Source: Alphaproteobacteria bacterium (lineage in GTDB: Bacteria; Pseudomonadota; Alphaproteobacteria; UBA7985; JAUIBT01). From it: 64,000 bases of DNA. The stretch lies in contig JAUIBT010000008.1 of the NCBI GenBank assembly GCA_030428255.1, forward strand, positions 26,794 to 90,793, read 5' to 3'. The position numbers and the translations under genes are program-made. The notes beneath the pieces were generated by a model. It was not told the DNA's origin. It saw only the letters and a list, made by a program, of their open reading frames with translations, and did no database searches. Shown piece after piece: positions 63,588-64,000 of this stretch (within the stretch, counting starts at the first letter, position 1; the number at the start of each line of letters is the position of its first letter).

Positions 63588-64000
63588 TGTCAAAGGCTCG
63601 TCCTTGCGCCTTTGTTGGCATGGTGTTTGCCGTGCTGGTGGCGGGCTTTTCAGCTCGCAGTGAGCCGCTGTATCCCGGTCCCATCGTGGCTGAGGTCAAA
63701 CGGGTGATCGACGGCGATACGCTGGTTGTGGACGCCTTCATCTGGCCCAACACCCGCGCCAGCGATGTTGCAATCCGCATTCGCGGCATCGACACGCCCG
63801 AGCGGCGCGGCAAGTGCGAGCAAGAGCGTCTGCTGGCCGAACAAGCCACGGCCATCATGGCCCAGACCTTTGTGCCAGGTCAGCAAGTTTACATCACCCA
63901 GGTCGAGACCGGCAAATACGGCGGGCGCTACATCGCCAGCGTTCGCACGCTTGCGGGCCTTGACTGGGCCGCCTTCATCCAGCGCCAAGGTCTGGCCGCC
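63587..64000 (+). CDS. Thermonuclease (SNase-like) family protein with N-terminal signal/anchor, truncated by window edge
   Basis: Manual translation from ATG 63587 (TGATG overlap): MSKARPCAFVGMVFAVLVAG...VKRVIDGDTL...IRIRGIDTPE...GKYGGRYIA. Confidence 0.87.
   Translation, partial: MSKARPCAFVGMVFAVLVAGFSARSEPLYPGPIVAEVKRVIDGDTLVVDAFIWPNTRASDVAIRIRGIDTPERRGKCEQERLLAEQATAIMAQTFVPGQQVYITQVETGKYGGRYIASVRTLAGLDWAAFIQRQGLAA

Overview
GC-rich chromosomal segment, most likely from a marine alphaproteobacterium (DddP-like DMSP lyase, FutA-type Fe3+ binding protein, MttB-family methyltransferase, GAAC-N7-GAAC LexA box). In order it holds: a glucose/mannose-type ABC transporter with a divergent two-component system; orphan msrP; gmk-yicC and small metabolic genes; a TetR-controlled esterase + Baeyer-Villiger monooxygenase + beta-oxidation + TRAP catabolic cluster; a DUF285/BspA autotransporter-like surface protein; futA, cobalamin genes (cbiB, cbiX) and ppdK. 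At about 43-54.6 kb lies the most unusual region, five predicted exported proteins: two head-to-head caspase-family paralogs with different C-terminal modules (SH3b vs PAN/Apple), a Ca-repeat/DUF4384-like protein, a di-haem oxidoreductase and an unknown secreted protein. After that come dddP, a sulfite-reduction cluster lacking cysH, and at the right edge a TIGR02594 cell-wall hydrolase + thermonuclease pair behind an SOS box. No rRNA, tRNA, CRISPR, integrase or transposase was recognised. All assignments come from reading motifs by eye; no database searches were run.
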